Below are positions 10,806 through 19,488 of a stretch of 64,000 bases of DNA, one piece after another. Position 1 is the stretch's first letter. Each line of letters begins with the position of its first letter. The stretch lies in the sequence record MT446420.1; one strand, written 5' to 3'. The notes below the pieces were generated by a model. That model had not been told where the DNA came from. It made no database searches and was given only the letters and a program-made list of their open reading frames with translations. The translations under genes and the position numbers were made by a program. This DNA comes from Escherichia virus TH54.

Positions 10806-12866
10806 CTACGAAAGGAATTTAGGAGGAATAGCTTCCAAATTAATACAACTAGCAAGAATACCAAGACCTTGATTGACTTTCTTCGTCACCCCGGAGGATG
10901 CAAACGATGCAAAGTCAACAGATTCTACTGGCTCTTCTGATTCCTCGCCCTGATAAACGACAAGCTCACCAGTTTCCATCAACACATCACCATCATAGAT
11001 AACTGCATTTTCATCCAGTTGGTCAGTGGTCTGGATATCAGCTTCCAGCATTTTGACGTTCGCGTTTCCTTTATAAGAAGCATCCGTAATTTTGGTAATC
11101 TTAACTACAGTTCCACGTGGAAGAATAACTTCCTGCTCGGATGGGTTGCCTGACAATTCCCCAGGAACAATTACGTTAATTAAGTCTGCCCCAGAAATTT
11201 TCCAACCGACATGAATCATTGCGTTGTCTGGGTTTGCACCTGGGATATTTGGTAAAACAATTTCGTCATCAGCCTGGAAAGATGTCCCGTCGCGATAGTC
11301 CTGATGAACTGCGGCCATAGCAACGTTCGCCACCCAGCCACCAAAGATAATTGGTTTAAATGATGTTGATACATAGTTCCTAAAATAAAATAATTTCGAC
11401 TGTTTAATTTTATTAAATGTAGGAACGTTTAAATATTGACCACGCCAAAGAGTTGTATTAGGTGGCAACTTATGTCCAATTTCAAAGGCCGAATCCAATT
11501 CCTTAATTGTTTCGACAACTCTGTCTAGATTTAGGAATTCGGCGTCTTCTTCATAATAATTACCCATCAAATAATTATTAATATCGACATAGTTTGCTCC
11601 ACAATAATCTGCAATTGCTTCACGCTGGCCATAATGGAAACGGTTGTCAGTATACCCTGCTGTGAAATTAAGAGTATTTTCTGATGCTTCTTCTGCAAAG
11701 TCTTTAACTGCAACACGAATGGCGCTTGTGTATTCTTCTTCCCAGAGCGTGGCTGCATAAGTGGCTGCATCCAGGTTAGGAGGAGCATCATTCATTTTTC
11801 TTTCGATAAATGCGGCTTTGCGAAGGTTAAGAATCTCTGCACATGATTCGGCAAAAATCTGCATCTGCTTCATACTACCAACTGGAGCACGTTTAAGTTC
11901 GCGATGCATACGGTTAAAAATTGGGTCGGAGTCTTCAACACGAATTTCTTCTTTCCAAACACCATTTGCACGCATAGCCGTATCTGCTGCGCGCATACGA
12001 GCCATAGTATTCGTTTCGGAAGGTCGAACAAAAATTTCCAGTTCTTCATAATCATCGATAAGTTCTGCTGTAGCCGGTCGACTAAACTTAGCAGCTTCTG
12101 CATCAATTTCGTCCCAACCTTCTGGCACGGAATCACTTGGAGCGTACTGGGCTTGTGCAATAGCTCGGCGGCTGATTTTTGTTTTCTGTGCAACAGCAGC
12201 ATCGGTCTTTTTGTTTGCTGCGTCAATCAGAACTTCGGCTGCGATTTCTTGTTTGGAGACTTGCGCGCCTGTATCTTTATTGGTGAATACATCACCAACT
12301 TTAGTTTCAACTTTTTGATATTTCTCAGGGACTGGTGGCATACCATCAACCGAAAGCAGGTCAACACCCTTTTTGTACATAATTACATAAGCGTTCTTTT
12401 TACCGAGGCCGGAAGCATTCGGAAGAACATGATAACGCCCGCTGGTTTTCATTTGAATCAGTCGATTCATAATACGAATAACAGCTTGGTCTTGCCCTTT
12501 CATCTTTTTGGATGGGAAACGGAACAAGACTACATCAGGTTTGCCTAGTTTAATGCTTTCCCAGACTGTAACAAAAATCAGGTTAATCGCATCAAGAGGT
12601 TTTTCACCTAGACCACCCTTCAGAGGAACAGCATGGCCATGTGAAGTCCCGGATAACAGGAATACCTCGGCAATTGCATCGCCACGTTTATATTGTTTAA
12701 CTGTTTCTTTGCCCGTGAATTGCATCAAACGGGCCATAAGAGAATTGGTCCCAGGAACACCGAATTGCCAAACCTGCGGGACCTTGTATTTTGGATTCAT
12801 ATTAATGACAGGATAACCGAAGGCTTCGATATATTTGTCAAAGAGTTCATTTAATTGTTCAGACAT
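10806..12866 (-). CDS. alt: Alt ADP-ribosyltransferase (packaged RNA polymerase-modifying enzyme)
   Basis: 686 aa (T4 Alt 682 aa); shared blocks e.g. KVETKVGDVFTNKDTGAQVSK and KISRRAIAQAQ match T4 Alt from memory. Confidence 0.9.
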   Translation of the reverse strand: MSEQLNELFDKYIEAFGYPVINMNPKYKVPQVWQFGVPGTNSLMARLMQFTGKETVKQYKRGDAIAEVFLLSGTSHGHAVPLKGGLGEKPLDAINLIFVTVWESIKLGKPDVVLFRFPSKKMKGQDQAVIRIMNRLIQMKTSGRYHVLPNASGLGKKNAYVIMYKKGVDLLSVDGMPPVPEKYQKVETKVGDVFTNKDTGAQVSKQEIAAEVLIDAANKKTDAAVAQKTKISRRAIAQAQYAPSDSVPEGWDEIDAEAAKFSRPATAELIDDYEELEIFVRPSETNTMARMRAADTAMRANGVWKEEIRVEDSDPIFNRMHRELKRAPVGSMKQMQIFAESCAEILNLRKAAFIERKMNDAPPNLDAATYAATLWEEEYTSAIRVAVKDFAEEASENTLNFTAGYTDNRFHYGQREAIADYCGANYVDINNYLMGNYYEEDAEFLNLDRVVETIKELDSAFEIGHKLPPNTTLWRGQYLNVPTFNKIKQSKLFYFRNYVSTSFKPIIFGGWVANVAMAAVHQDYRDGTSFQADDEIVLPNIPGANPDNAMIHVGWKISGADLINVIVPGELSGNPSEQEVILPRGTVVKITKITDASYKGNANVKMLEADIQTTDQLDENAVIYDGDVLMETGELVVYQGEESEEPVESVDFASFASSGVTKKVNQGLGILASCINLEAIPPKFLS

Positions 12867-12891
12867 AATAGGTTCCTTATAAAATATTATG

Positions 12892-12899
12892 TATTTATA
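12892..12899 (-). promoter_or_regulatory. late promoter TATAAATA for alt
   Basis: Minus-strand TATAAATA about 25 nt upstream of the alt ATG; Alt is a late, virion-packaged protein in T4. Confidence 0.5.
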
Positions 12900-12901
12900 C
12901 T

Positions 12902-12924
12902 AAAAAAGGGCCGAAGCCCTTTTG
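12902..12924. terminator. hairpin terminator after DNA ligase gene
   Basis: AAAAAAGGGCCGAAGCCCTTTT: GC stem with CGAA loop flanked by A-run and T-run. Confidence 0.65.
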
Positions 12925-14466
12925 TTATTTTAACCCAGTCTTTGACCAGTCGCCAAATACATCTTCGAATGTGTCTGCATGGTCTTTATCGAAACGGAAC
13001 CCTTTGATAATCGGCAGGAACAATGCAACCGTATTATCTTTACGAGTCTCGGAAGTCACCCAACCATTACATTCACAGTCAGCAATCATTCCAACCAATT
13101 CACCTTTACGAGCTTTAACCATCAAGGCTTCACGGTCCATTTCATGACGCTTCTCAATCGGAATAGTAACCCATTTTTTGGTTTTCTTATCTTTGACTTG
13201 AGTTGTGTCTTTAAAACCAGAACCACAGTTATTCGTAATCTTACCACAAGAAGAACGAAGCACAACACCGCCAATCTTATTCGGGTCTTTATCGTGCTCG
13301 TAATATCCAATGATTTCCATTGCAATGTCAATTACTTCTTTGAACTTGTACAAGTTCTTGGAGCGCTTGTTTTCCCAAATCGATGCCATGTTCTTAAGGA
13401 TAATACCTTCAAGACCTTCATCCACATATTTCTTATAGATAACCTTCGCTTCATCGAGATTGTTAACAACATGGTTTTCAATCAGAATCATGCGGTCAAA
13501 ACCGTGCAGCACCACGTTATCTGCAATCATTTTTTCCAGAACAGCAAAACGCACATCGTATTTCAACGGATTGAGAATCTTAACATCAGAATAGACTTCA
13601 ATCAGCGGAACATAATCCCAAACCTGGAATTTCATGCAAGAAGCTTCTGCTGCAGAAATAGTTCCTTTCAATGATTTGTTTGCCAGACCATTTGAAAAGG
13701 TTCTTGATTCCGCGAATTCCGCGAATTCTTTTGCCTTACTAAGCTCAGGCATATCGTCAAAAAGGAAGCTCAAACCATCATTCTGGGGAGCTATTTTCTG
13801 TTCATGATATACTAACTCGCCGTCAATCAAAACGCCCTCAGGATGTCTCTCACGCGCTTCACGGGTAGCTTCAATCAATTCCTTTTTAAGGAGGTCAAGC
13901 TTGAGGTATTCGTTGCCAGCTCGGGATAACAATCGAACATCATCCAACTCATCGCCACGAACTTCTGCAAAACACCGAGCGCCGTCGGCTTTCAATTGTG
14001 CAAAGGCCGGGAACTTAATGTTCTTGGCAATACCTGCTTCATCATAAGAAGAAGCAAGCATCTGCGGTTGTTCAGGAATTAAACCTTTCCAAACCTTATT
14101 TGCAATCGATACGGATGCTCCGCATTCCAGGTCACGCATCATCACACGACGCAGAACTTCAACGTCAGCTTTTTTACCATCTGCAATGTAGCCAGATAAT
14201 TCCTCGATTGCCGCATTACCTGTTAATTTGCGACGGGCTAATGTGAATTCGATAAAGCCAAGCATATCATCGATATTCAACATACCAAAGCTTTGAGTCG
14301 TTGCCCCAGGTTTTGGCCATTTCTTGATATAGAACTGGATGCCTTTGGAATATGTCAAACGATACACGCGTTTAAGGGTTTCATTGTCAGAATACGATTC
14401 CAGAATAGCTTGTTTCTCTTTAGTGGAATCGGTTGCAGCAATTTCATTTAAAATATCTAAAATCAT
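12925..14466 (-). CDS. 30: ATP-dependent DNA ligase gp30
   Basis: 513 aa; N-terminus MILDILNEIAATDSTKEKQAILE and most internal blocks match T4 DNA ligase (487 aa) from memory. Confidence 0.93.
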   Translation of the reverse strand: MILDILNEIAATDSTKEKQAILESYSDNETLKRVYRLTYSKGIQFYIKKWPKPGATTQSFGMLNIDDMLGFIEFTLARRKLTGNAAIEELSGYIADGKKADVEVLRRVMMRDLECGASVSIANKVWKGLIPEQPQMLASSYDEAGIAKNIKFPAFAQLKADGARCFAEVRGDELDDVRLLSRAGNEYLKLDLLKKELIEATREARERHPEGVLIDGELVYHEQKIAPQNDGLSFLFDDMPELSKAKEFAEFAESRTFSNGLANKSLKGTISAAEASCMKFQVWDYVPLIEVYSDVKILNPLKYDVRFAVLEKMIADNVVLHGFDRMILIENHVVNNLDEAKVIYKKYVDEGLEGIILKNMASIWENKRSKNLYKFKEVIDIAMEIIGYYEHDKDPNKIGGVVLRSSCGKITNNCGSGFKDTTQVKDKKTKKWVTIPIEKRHEMDREALMVKARKGELVGMIADCECNGWVTSETRKDNTVALFLPIIKGFRFDKDHADTFEDVFGDWSKTGLK

Positions 14467-14476
14467 TAATCACCTC

Positions 14477-14758
14477 TTAGTCGTTGACTCTATTATATGC
14501 CACATCTTCCAAAAGCAAATCCAGACGCTTATGATAAGAGAACACAAATCTCATTCGCCCATCTGGTTTAAACTTAGACATAAAGTGAACATAGATAAAC
14601 CCTTGCTCAACACATTCACGCCAAACCGGATGGTCTTTGGCTGGGTTAATATCAAACGAGTAATCATGATTCACATGACGAATAAACTGATTAACATGAC
14701 CATAATCCATGGTAGTAGTAGGACCATAATCAGAAATAGTATGAACGACAAACATCAA
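14477..14758 (-). CDS. hypothetical protein (30.1 position)
   Basis: 93 aa ORF between ligase and the HAD-like gene; tightly packed. Confidence 0.55.
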   Translation of the reverse strand: MMFVVHTISDYGPTTTMDYGHVNQFIRHVNHDYSFDINPAKDHPVWRECVEQGFIYVHFMSKFKPDGRMRFVFSYHKRLDLLLEDVAYNRVND

Positions 14759-15579
14759 TTACCCCCTTGGCCGCCGGTCGGTTGATTGTACCAATATTCA
14801 ATACCAGTACCCACACGCTGGCCATATTGATATGGATATGCTGGATTATAACCAGGAGTCCATGGTTGACCTGGTTGCCAGCCTTGTTGCATTTGTTGTT
14901 GAAGACGGCGAGTTTCACGAAACAGCTCTTCCAGTTTACGGAGTTCATCTGGGGTGAATTCTGGTTTGACCGGTTCATCTTTGTGTTTCAGTTTAAGCTG
15001 TCCAGCAACATCGTCCCAATTAAAAACTTTGGAAGCTGTTTTAGGAATAGCATCACGTTCGCCGCGGGCCATCCAATAAACAGGAACCTCAAGAATTTCA
15101 CTTGCATGGTCGCAATGGTGTGCAAGGTCATCAATATAACAAATGACATTATATTTGTCTTTTGCCTTCTGAAATAACTCCTCTTTAGAGGCTGTATGAC
15201 CACACATCATCACTTCTTTAAATGCCCCAGGGAACAAAGCATTCAGGTTGAATTGACGATTCAGACGAGCATCAATAGAATCACCCAGGGCTGTTACAGC
15301 CACAAAATCATATTGCTCTTTGAGGTTATTAATAACCCTTAATGCATCCGCATAAGGAGACAAATAGCGAATAAAGTCCGAACAGTTATATTTTTCAATT
15401 AACTGCGCGCCTAACTCTTCATCACAATTGAAGAGTTTACCAGGGGTCACAAATTTTTCATCCTGAATCATCTTAAGGATGTGTTCCAGGGGTAAATTAT
15501 ATTTTTGAGCGAAATAAGGCAAGCCAGACTGCCATGACAAACATACGCCATCAATATCTGTTAAAATAACGGGTTTCAT
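14755..15579 (-). CDS. HAD-superfamily phosphatase-like protein with low-complexity Q/P/Y/G-rich C-terminal tail
   Basis: N-terminal MKPVILTDIDGV matches the DxDG(T/V) HAD catalytic motif; C-terminal 50 aa are QQQMQQGWQPGQPWTPGYNPAYPYQYG... Confidence 0.6.
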   Translation of the reverse strand: MKPVILTDIDGVCLSWQSGLPYFAQKYNLPLEHILKMIQDEKFVTPGKLFNCDEELGAQLIEKYNCSDFIRYLSPYADALRVINNLKEQYDFVAVTALGDSIDARLNRQFNLNALFPGAFKEVMMCGHTASKEELFQKAKDKYNVICYIDDLAHHCDHASEILEVPVYWMARGERDAIPKTASKVFNWDDVAGQLKLKHKDEPVKPEFTPDELRKLEELFRETRRLQQQMQQGWQPGQPWTPGYNPAYPYQYGQRVGTGIEYWYNQPTGGQGGN

Positions 15580-16034
15580 AATGCATCTCTCAATTGGTTA
15601 AGTATGTCAATAAATTCTTGTTCAGTCAATATTGTATCATGAACAGTAAGGTGGCTCGCCATCGAATGCTTTAAAACTTTGCCCTTTGTGGCTTGTAATG
15701 CGTCGCGGAATCCTTTGTTTTGGAGCGCTGCTTCAAAATATGCATTTGTATACAACTCTTTCCATGATGTAGAGTATCTTGAAAAGGGAATTCCAAGCCA
15801 GAAAAGCGTCCCACGGTCCGCAGCTCTTGCATAAGCTCTTCCACTTTGCTGGGCGGCCAATCCGGACATCCCAAATATACGTTTTTGTTGTTCAACATTT
15901 CTCACCTTGCATCCTTGTAGGAAGCCTTCAAGACCTCCAAACTGGATACCCTCCATAACAAAAGGCCATTTAGCAAAGTTACTTAATGCACATGATGGCC
16001 ACGGAAAATTACTTCTGATTTCTAACTCAGACAT
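15576..16034 (-). CDS. hypothetical protein (30.3 position)
   Basis: Track ORF 15576-16181; ATG at 16034 (MSELEIRSNFPWP...) avoids overlap with the upstream gene. Confidence 0.5.
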   Translation of the reverse strand: MSELEIRSNFPWPSCALSNFAKWPFVMEGIQFGGLEGFLQGCKVRNVEQQKRIFGMSGLAAQQSGRAYARAADRGTLFWLGIPFSRYSTSWKELYTNAYFEAALQNKGFRDALQATKGKVLKHSMASHLTVHDTILTEQEFIDILNQLRDAL

Positions 16035-16239
16035 CTTTGACACTGATAATCTTGGTTGCATACCACATGCCATGGTCTGGCAATCTTTCTTTAATTGACC
16101 GCCCGCGATATGTTTTTCGCATAACAACAGTTTTAATAGCATCTTCATCGCAAGCATATGGCGGGGATAAATCAATAACACGATAAGTCACTTCAACCAT
16201 TTCCAAGCCAAACAGCTTTTTAAATAATTTATTAATCAT
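16027..16239 (-). CDS. hypothetical small protein, tandem paralogue A
   Basis: 70 aa; about 50 percent identical to the adjacent 16249-16461 product (shared EMVEVTYRV...IISVKD). Confidence 0.6.
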   Translation of the reverse strand: MINKLFKKLFGLEMVEVTYRVIDLSPPYACDEDAIKTVVMRKTYRGRSIKERLPDHGMWYATKIISVKDV

Positions 16240-16248
16240 GAAGGTTCC

Positions 16249-16461
16249 TTAAATATCTTTGACACTGATAATCTCTACATCAGCCCAATGACCATAACCA
16301 GGTAGACGGTCTTTAATAGATAATCCGCCGTCAGATTTCAGCATTTTAATTGTTTTAGTATATGGTTCAATATTTCGGGCCCATGGACTTACGTCAGTCA
16401 CGCGATAAGTCACTTCAACCATTTCTGTGCCCAAAATCTTCTGAATCAATTTCTTAAACAT
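16249..16461 (-). CDS. hypothetical small protein, tandem paralogue B
   Basis: 70 aa; paralogue of 16027-16239; a 20-nt identical DNA stretch at the 3' ends. Confidence 0.6.
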   Translation of the reverse strand: MFKKLIQKILGTEMVEVTYRVTDVSPWARNIEPYTKTIKMLKSDGGLSIKDRLPGYGHWADVEIISVKDI

Positions 16462-16462
16462 A

Positions 16463-16657
16463 TTAGCCTCGCTTTAAACATTTGATTACAGACAACTCAC
16501 CACCCATGCGAAGGTCTTCAGTTCCATCAACCCACAAGACTAAATACGCTTCTTTAATTACAATACCACCGAATTTAAAAGCAGGCAGGACCTTTGAAAT
16601 CATTCCAGGAATACCCACACCTTTTAACTGAACAGTTTGTGATAAGAATAATTTCAT
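16463..16657 (-). CDS. hypothetical small protein
   Basis: 64 aa ORF tightly abutting neighbours. Confidence 0.45.
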   Translation of the reverse strand: MKLFLSQTVQLKGVGIPGMISKVLPAFKFGGIVIKEAYLVLWVDGTEDLRMGGELSVIKCLKRG

Positions 16658-16944
16658 TAGAACCTCGTCAGGAAACCGCGTGATTTAACATTTTTGCCAT
16701 TAATATCAGATGAATTAATTTCCCGCGCCGCAATTGGGTCAATATCAATGTCGCGTCTAAGCTTGGTGATTGCCAGAGTATCGCGTCCATTAACAGTCCT
16801 GAATTCTAGTGGACAAACTACATCAACATAGTTCTTAATGGAATCGTGTGTTGGTTCACACCCAGCAGGAACATTAGGGCCTTTTTTAGAGAAAACAACT
16901 TCACAGAAATTTTTACGCGTATCAAAGTAAGTAGTCATAAACAT
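16657..16944 (-). CDS. hypothetical protein
   Basis: Track ORF 16657-16998; ATG at 16944 preceded by GAGGAAAAT SD and a GGGGC-GAAA-GCCCC hairpin. Confidence 0.55.
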   Translation of the reverse strand: MFMTTYFDTRKNFCEVVFSKKGPNVPAGCEPTHDSIKNYVDVVCPLEFRTVNGRDTLAITKLRRDIDIDPIAAREINSSDINGKNVKSRGFLTRF

Positions 16945-16981
16945 AGTATTTTCCTCAAGGGGGCTTTCGCCCCATTTAAGA

Positions 16982-17347
16982 TTAGATATCAAATTCATTA
17001 AGAACTACATCAAAGATTGCTTCCAGGTGTTCAGGTTTTGCTTTATTGCTCAGGATGTGACGAATCCAAGTTTTAACCAGAAGCTTGCGATTAACACCAT
17101 TCCAGCAAGGATGAGTCCCTAAATCACGCTCACGGAAATCATCATCTAACGCGATTTTAAAAGTAGAACCTTCTTTAGTGATTGAAAGGGTGATACCATT
17201 TTCAAATCGCATATAAACATAATCAGGAGAAACCCAATGGTCAATTTCACATACCGAACCATTTTTATGTTCCCATAAGCTCATATACTCGTTAGAACCA
17301 ACTGCACCGATAGAAACATATTTGCGTTCAAAGTTGATGTAGTTCAT
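16982..17347 (-). CDS. hypothetical protein
   Basis: 121 aa; GGAGA SD; early promoter with inverted repeat upstream. Confidence 0.6.
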   Translation of the reverse strand: MNYINFERKYVSIGAVGSNEYMSLWEHKNGSVCEIDHWVSPDYVYMRFENGITLSITKEGSTFKIALDDDFRERDLGTHPCWNGVNRKLLVKTWIRHILSNKAKPEHLEAIFDVVLNEFDI

Positions 17348-17374
17348 TTTATTCTCCAGTTGTTTTCATTTGTT

Positions 17375-17414
17375 GGTACAGGTCTATAATATCATAACCT
17401 GTACCAAAGTAAAC
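17375..17414 (-). promoter_or_regulatory. early sigma70-type promoter within a perfect 8-bp inverted repeat (PeSL-like)
   Basis: Minus strand GTTTAC-N17-TATTAT; -10 lies in the loop of GGTACAGG...CCTGTACC. Confidence 0.55.
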
Positions 17415-17418
17415 TGTT

Positions 17419-17787
17419 TTATGCGACTTTAATCCAATTATCTAAATTTAATTCACCCTTAGCTTTCATTTTTTCAATCAAATCATCAGCAGTATTGCGA
17501 CCATTTTGATACCATGTAACATCTTCAGAATAACCAGTTTCTTCATCTTCATAGGTCTTACAACGAATCTTACCGGTTATGATAGTTTTCAGTTCGTAGG
17601 TATCACCAGTAAAAAAGTTTGTTACCATAATTTTCCAAGAGAAGTCATCAGAAGGACCTTCAGGAGTCATGCAACCAACAAATTCAAACTGTTCTTTATA
17701 CAAGTGCCATTGCATCTCTTTAGTTTCAATGGCTTTGTAACCGTCGTGGTCTTTACCTTTGATGTATGAGTTAAGATTGATTTTCAT
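17419..17787 (-). CDS. hypothetical protein
   Basis: 122 aa; GGAGA SD; preceded by a conserved leader repeat. Confidence 0.6.
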   Translation of the reverse strand: MKINLNSYIKGKDHDGYKAIETKEMQWHLYKEQFEFVGCMTPEGPSDDFSWKIMVTNFFTGDTYELKTIITGKIRCKTYEDEETGYSEDVTWYQNGRNTADDLIEKMKAKGELNLDNWIKVA

Positions 17788-17810
17788 TTTATTCTCCAGT
17801 GTTTTATTGT

Positions 17811-17834
17811 GTAACTCAGTATGGAATCATTATG
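17811..17834 (-). repeat. conserved promoter-leader element, copy 1 of 4 (GTAACTCAGTATGGAATCATTAT)
   Basis: Nearly identical 23-24 nt element also at 33977, 52283 and 56121, each just downstream of a TATAAT -10 and upstream of a CTGGAGA SD. Confidence 0.6.
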
Positions 17835-17869
17835 CACTGGGCAAATCCTGTTGTACACCTTTTATGGAA

Positions 17870-17895
17870 AAAAAAAGACTCCCGAAGGAGTCATT
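17870..17895 (-). terminator. hairpin terminator (GACTCC-CGAA-GGAGTC) followed by U-run
   Basis: Perfect stem with CGAA loop and a 9-nt T-run on the minus strand directly after an ORF stop. Confidence 0.65.
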
Positions 17896-18247
17896 TGATA
17901 ATTGTTTTATAGGTTACTTCAGCTGTATAGAAGTTTTTGGCTTTCATTACAATAGCTTCACCCTTTGGATTTGCCTCAATCCATTCTCTGGCGCGTTTAT
18001 GTGCTTCCAGTTCAGTAAGCAAACCAGAACGTTGACAGCCCCGGTCTTGTGTACCAGCTTCACTTAAGAAAGCGACAAGATAAATTGCATCGTCATACGG
18101 TTTCGCAGGTGGTGTGTATATCGGAGGGCTTGGTGGAACATATGCAGCAGGATGATGTTCCGGAATTGCATTGTATGGCTCCAGACCAGGCGCTGCATAC
18201 GATGCTCCACGCGGTGTAGTAAACGTGTGATTGTATCTATCGTTCAT
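17891..18247 (-). CDS. hypothetical protein with Pro-rich N-terminal region
   Basis: 118 aa; AGGAAAAT SD; terminator hairpin at its 3' end. Confidence 0.55.
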   Translation of the reverse strand: MNDRYNHTFTTPRGASYAAPGLEPYNAIPEHHPAAYVPPSPPIYTPPAKPYDDAIYLVAFLSEAGTQDRGCQRSGLLTELEAHKRAREWIEANPKGEAIVMKAKNFYTAEVTYKTIIK

Positions 18248-18261
18248 AATATTTTCCTAGA

Positions 18262-18285
18262 AAAAAAGGGCTCCAAAGAGCCCCT
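18262..18285 (-). terminator. hairpin terminator (GGGCTC-CAAAGA-GCCC) with U-run
   Basis: GC stem plus T-run on the minus strand just downstream of the small basic ORF. Confidence 0.6.
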
Positions 18286-18289
18286 GAAC

Positions 18290-18451
18290 TTATGCTTTCG
18301 GCTTACCAAAGCAAGCTGCATCGGCACGCAATACCGCACGAGCACGAGCCTGAAGTTTATCAGTCACCTGATTGATTCGCTTGTTGGACGCACGCTTGTA
18401 ACCAGCGCGTTTGGAGGAGCCATCAACAACTTTAACTTCTTTCTTAGCCAT
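18290..18451 (-). CDS. small highly basic protein (53 aa)
   Basis: Hand-translated MAKKEVKVVDGSSKRAGYKRASNKRINQVTDKLQARARAVLRADAACFGKPKA; ATG start, terminator immediately downstream; below track cutoff. Confidence 0.4.
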   Translation of the reverse strand: MAKKEVKVVDGSSKRAGYKRASNKRINQVTDKLQARARAVLRADAACFGKPKA

Positions 18452-18697
18452 ATTAAATTCTCTTTAAAATAGAATGCAGGACTTATTGACATTGCCTGCG
18501 CAAGCCCTCGAAGGGAACATAGGTTTTTGGATATTTAACGACCAGGATAACCATAAACCCGTCATCATTCACATTCAAGAGGTACACCATAAAACCGCCG
18601 GGGTCTTAAAACTATAATGATTCGCAAATCATTAATCAGACAGTTCGACGGCTCCTCGATTTTCTAGCCGCACTTAAGGTAGCGAATCACCTAAAAC

Positions 18698-18952
18698 TTA
18701 CTTCAGAGTAACGACAAAATGTCGAACAGCTTTACGCGCAGCAGATGCCAGCGGCTTAGCATATTTCAATTCATCTTTAGCTTCGAGTACAGCGCGAAGG
18801 TCGGTTTGTACCGGGTTAAGATGTTTGAAATACTGCAGAATTTCCAGTGCTTCGGCTTCAACATCAATAGATGCGCCGTAGTTTTCGTGACCGTTATTCC
18901 ATGCAGTGCGTTGCAGTTCAAGAGCGTGTTGTAATTGTTTGTTTAAAGACAT
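18698..18952 (-). CDS. rIII: rIII lysis-inhibition accessory protein (probable)
   Basis: Track ORF 18698-19087; internal ATG 18952 (MSLNKQLQHALELQ...) gives 84 aa, matching T4 rIII size (82 aa) and position next to gene 31. Confidence 0.6.
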   Translation of the reverse strand: MSLNKQLQHALELQRTAWNNGHENYGASIDVEAEALEILQYFKHLNPVQTDLRAVLEAKDELKYAKPLASAARKAVRHFVVTLK

Positions 18953-19109
18953 TTTAGAAGCCTCAATATGAGGTGAATATTTGGTGGACACGTTCTTCTG
19001 AATTTCACTTCCTTTCAGCAAGTCTCTCAGTTGTAGTCCACCGTTTAGGATTCTCCGGGTAACTAACTGGTCCGGCAGCCAATCCATATTATTATTTATA
19101 ACGCTAATT

Positions 19110-19457
19110 TTACTTATAAAGACAAGGAACAGCTTTATAATGACAGGTCACAAATTTCTGCTTAACTTCTTTAGCCTGCTTAAGTCCCAGAGCAACCAGA
19201 GGATGTGGAACGTTTGCAATCTTGCCAACCGGAAGAGGAGTCAAATCACCTACTTCACAGAAACCTTCAGGAACATCTGGGCCAATCGAAAATACTTCAC
19301 ACATCTCTGGGATTTCACCCTGATGGAGTTTTCCGATAACAATACCTGATGCCGTAGTTTCTTCATCACCAGCTTGCTTTGGCTCAGAAACCAAAATAAT
19401 ATATTCACCTACTGCTTTAATTGGTAATTCCATATTTAATCCATGTTGTTTGGTCAT
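19110..19457 (-). CDS. 31: co-chaperonin gp31 (GroES-like)
   Basis: [19 protein letters not shown]...[15 protein letters not shown] matches T4 gp31 closely from memory. Confidence 0.9.
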   Translation of the reverse strand: MTKQHGLNMELPIKAVGEYIILVSEPKQAGDEETTASGIVIGKLHQGEIPEMCEVFSIGPDVPEGFCEVGDLTPLPVGKIANVPHPLVALGLKQAKEVKQKFVTCHYKAVPCLYK

Positions 19458-19488
19458 GTATTAATAATAACACGCATTGTTTGAAGCA

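Noticed and set aside
12979-13674. 231-aa plus-strand ORF from the track
   Set aside because: Lies entirely antisense within the well-supported DNA ligase gene; AT-rich codon shadow
12925-14466. DNA ligase about 26 aa longer than T4 ligase, considered as a possible intein or inserted domain
   Set aside because: Extra residues are spread over short stretches near the C-terminal region; no intein splice motifs or contiguous inserted block seen; my recalled T4 sequence is not exact enough to delimit an insertion
15576-16034. Possible YbiA/DUF1768-like N-glycosidase because of an LSNFAKWPF segment
   Set aside because: Only one short motif resembles that family and other expected blocks are absent; left as hypothetical
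18452-18697. Possible tRNA or other structured RNA gene in the largest non-coding gap
   Set aside because: No cloverleaf with a T-loop GTTCGAATC-type motif or acceptor stem could be drawn by eye; kept only as a candidate regulatory region
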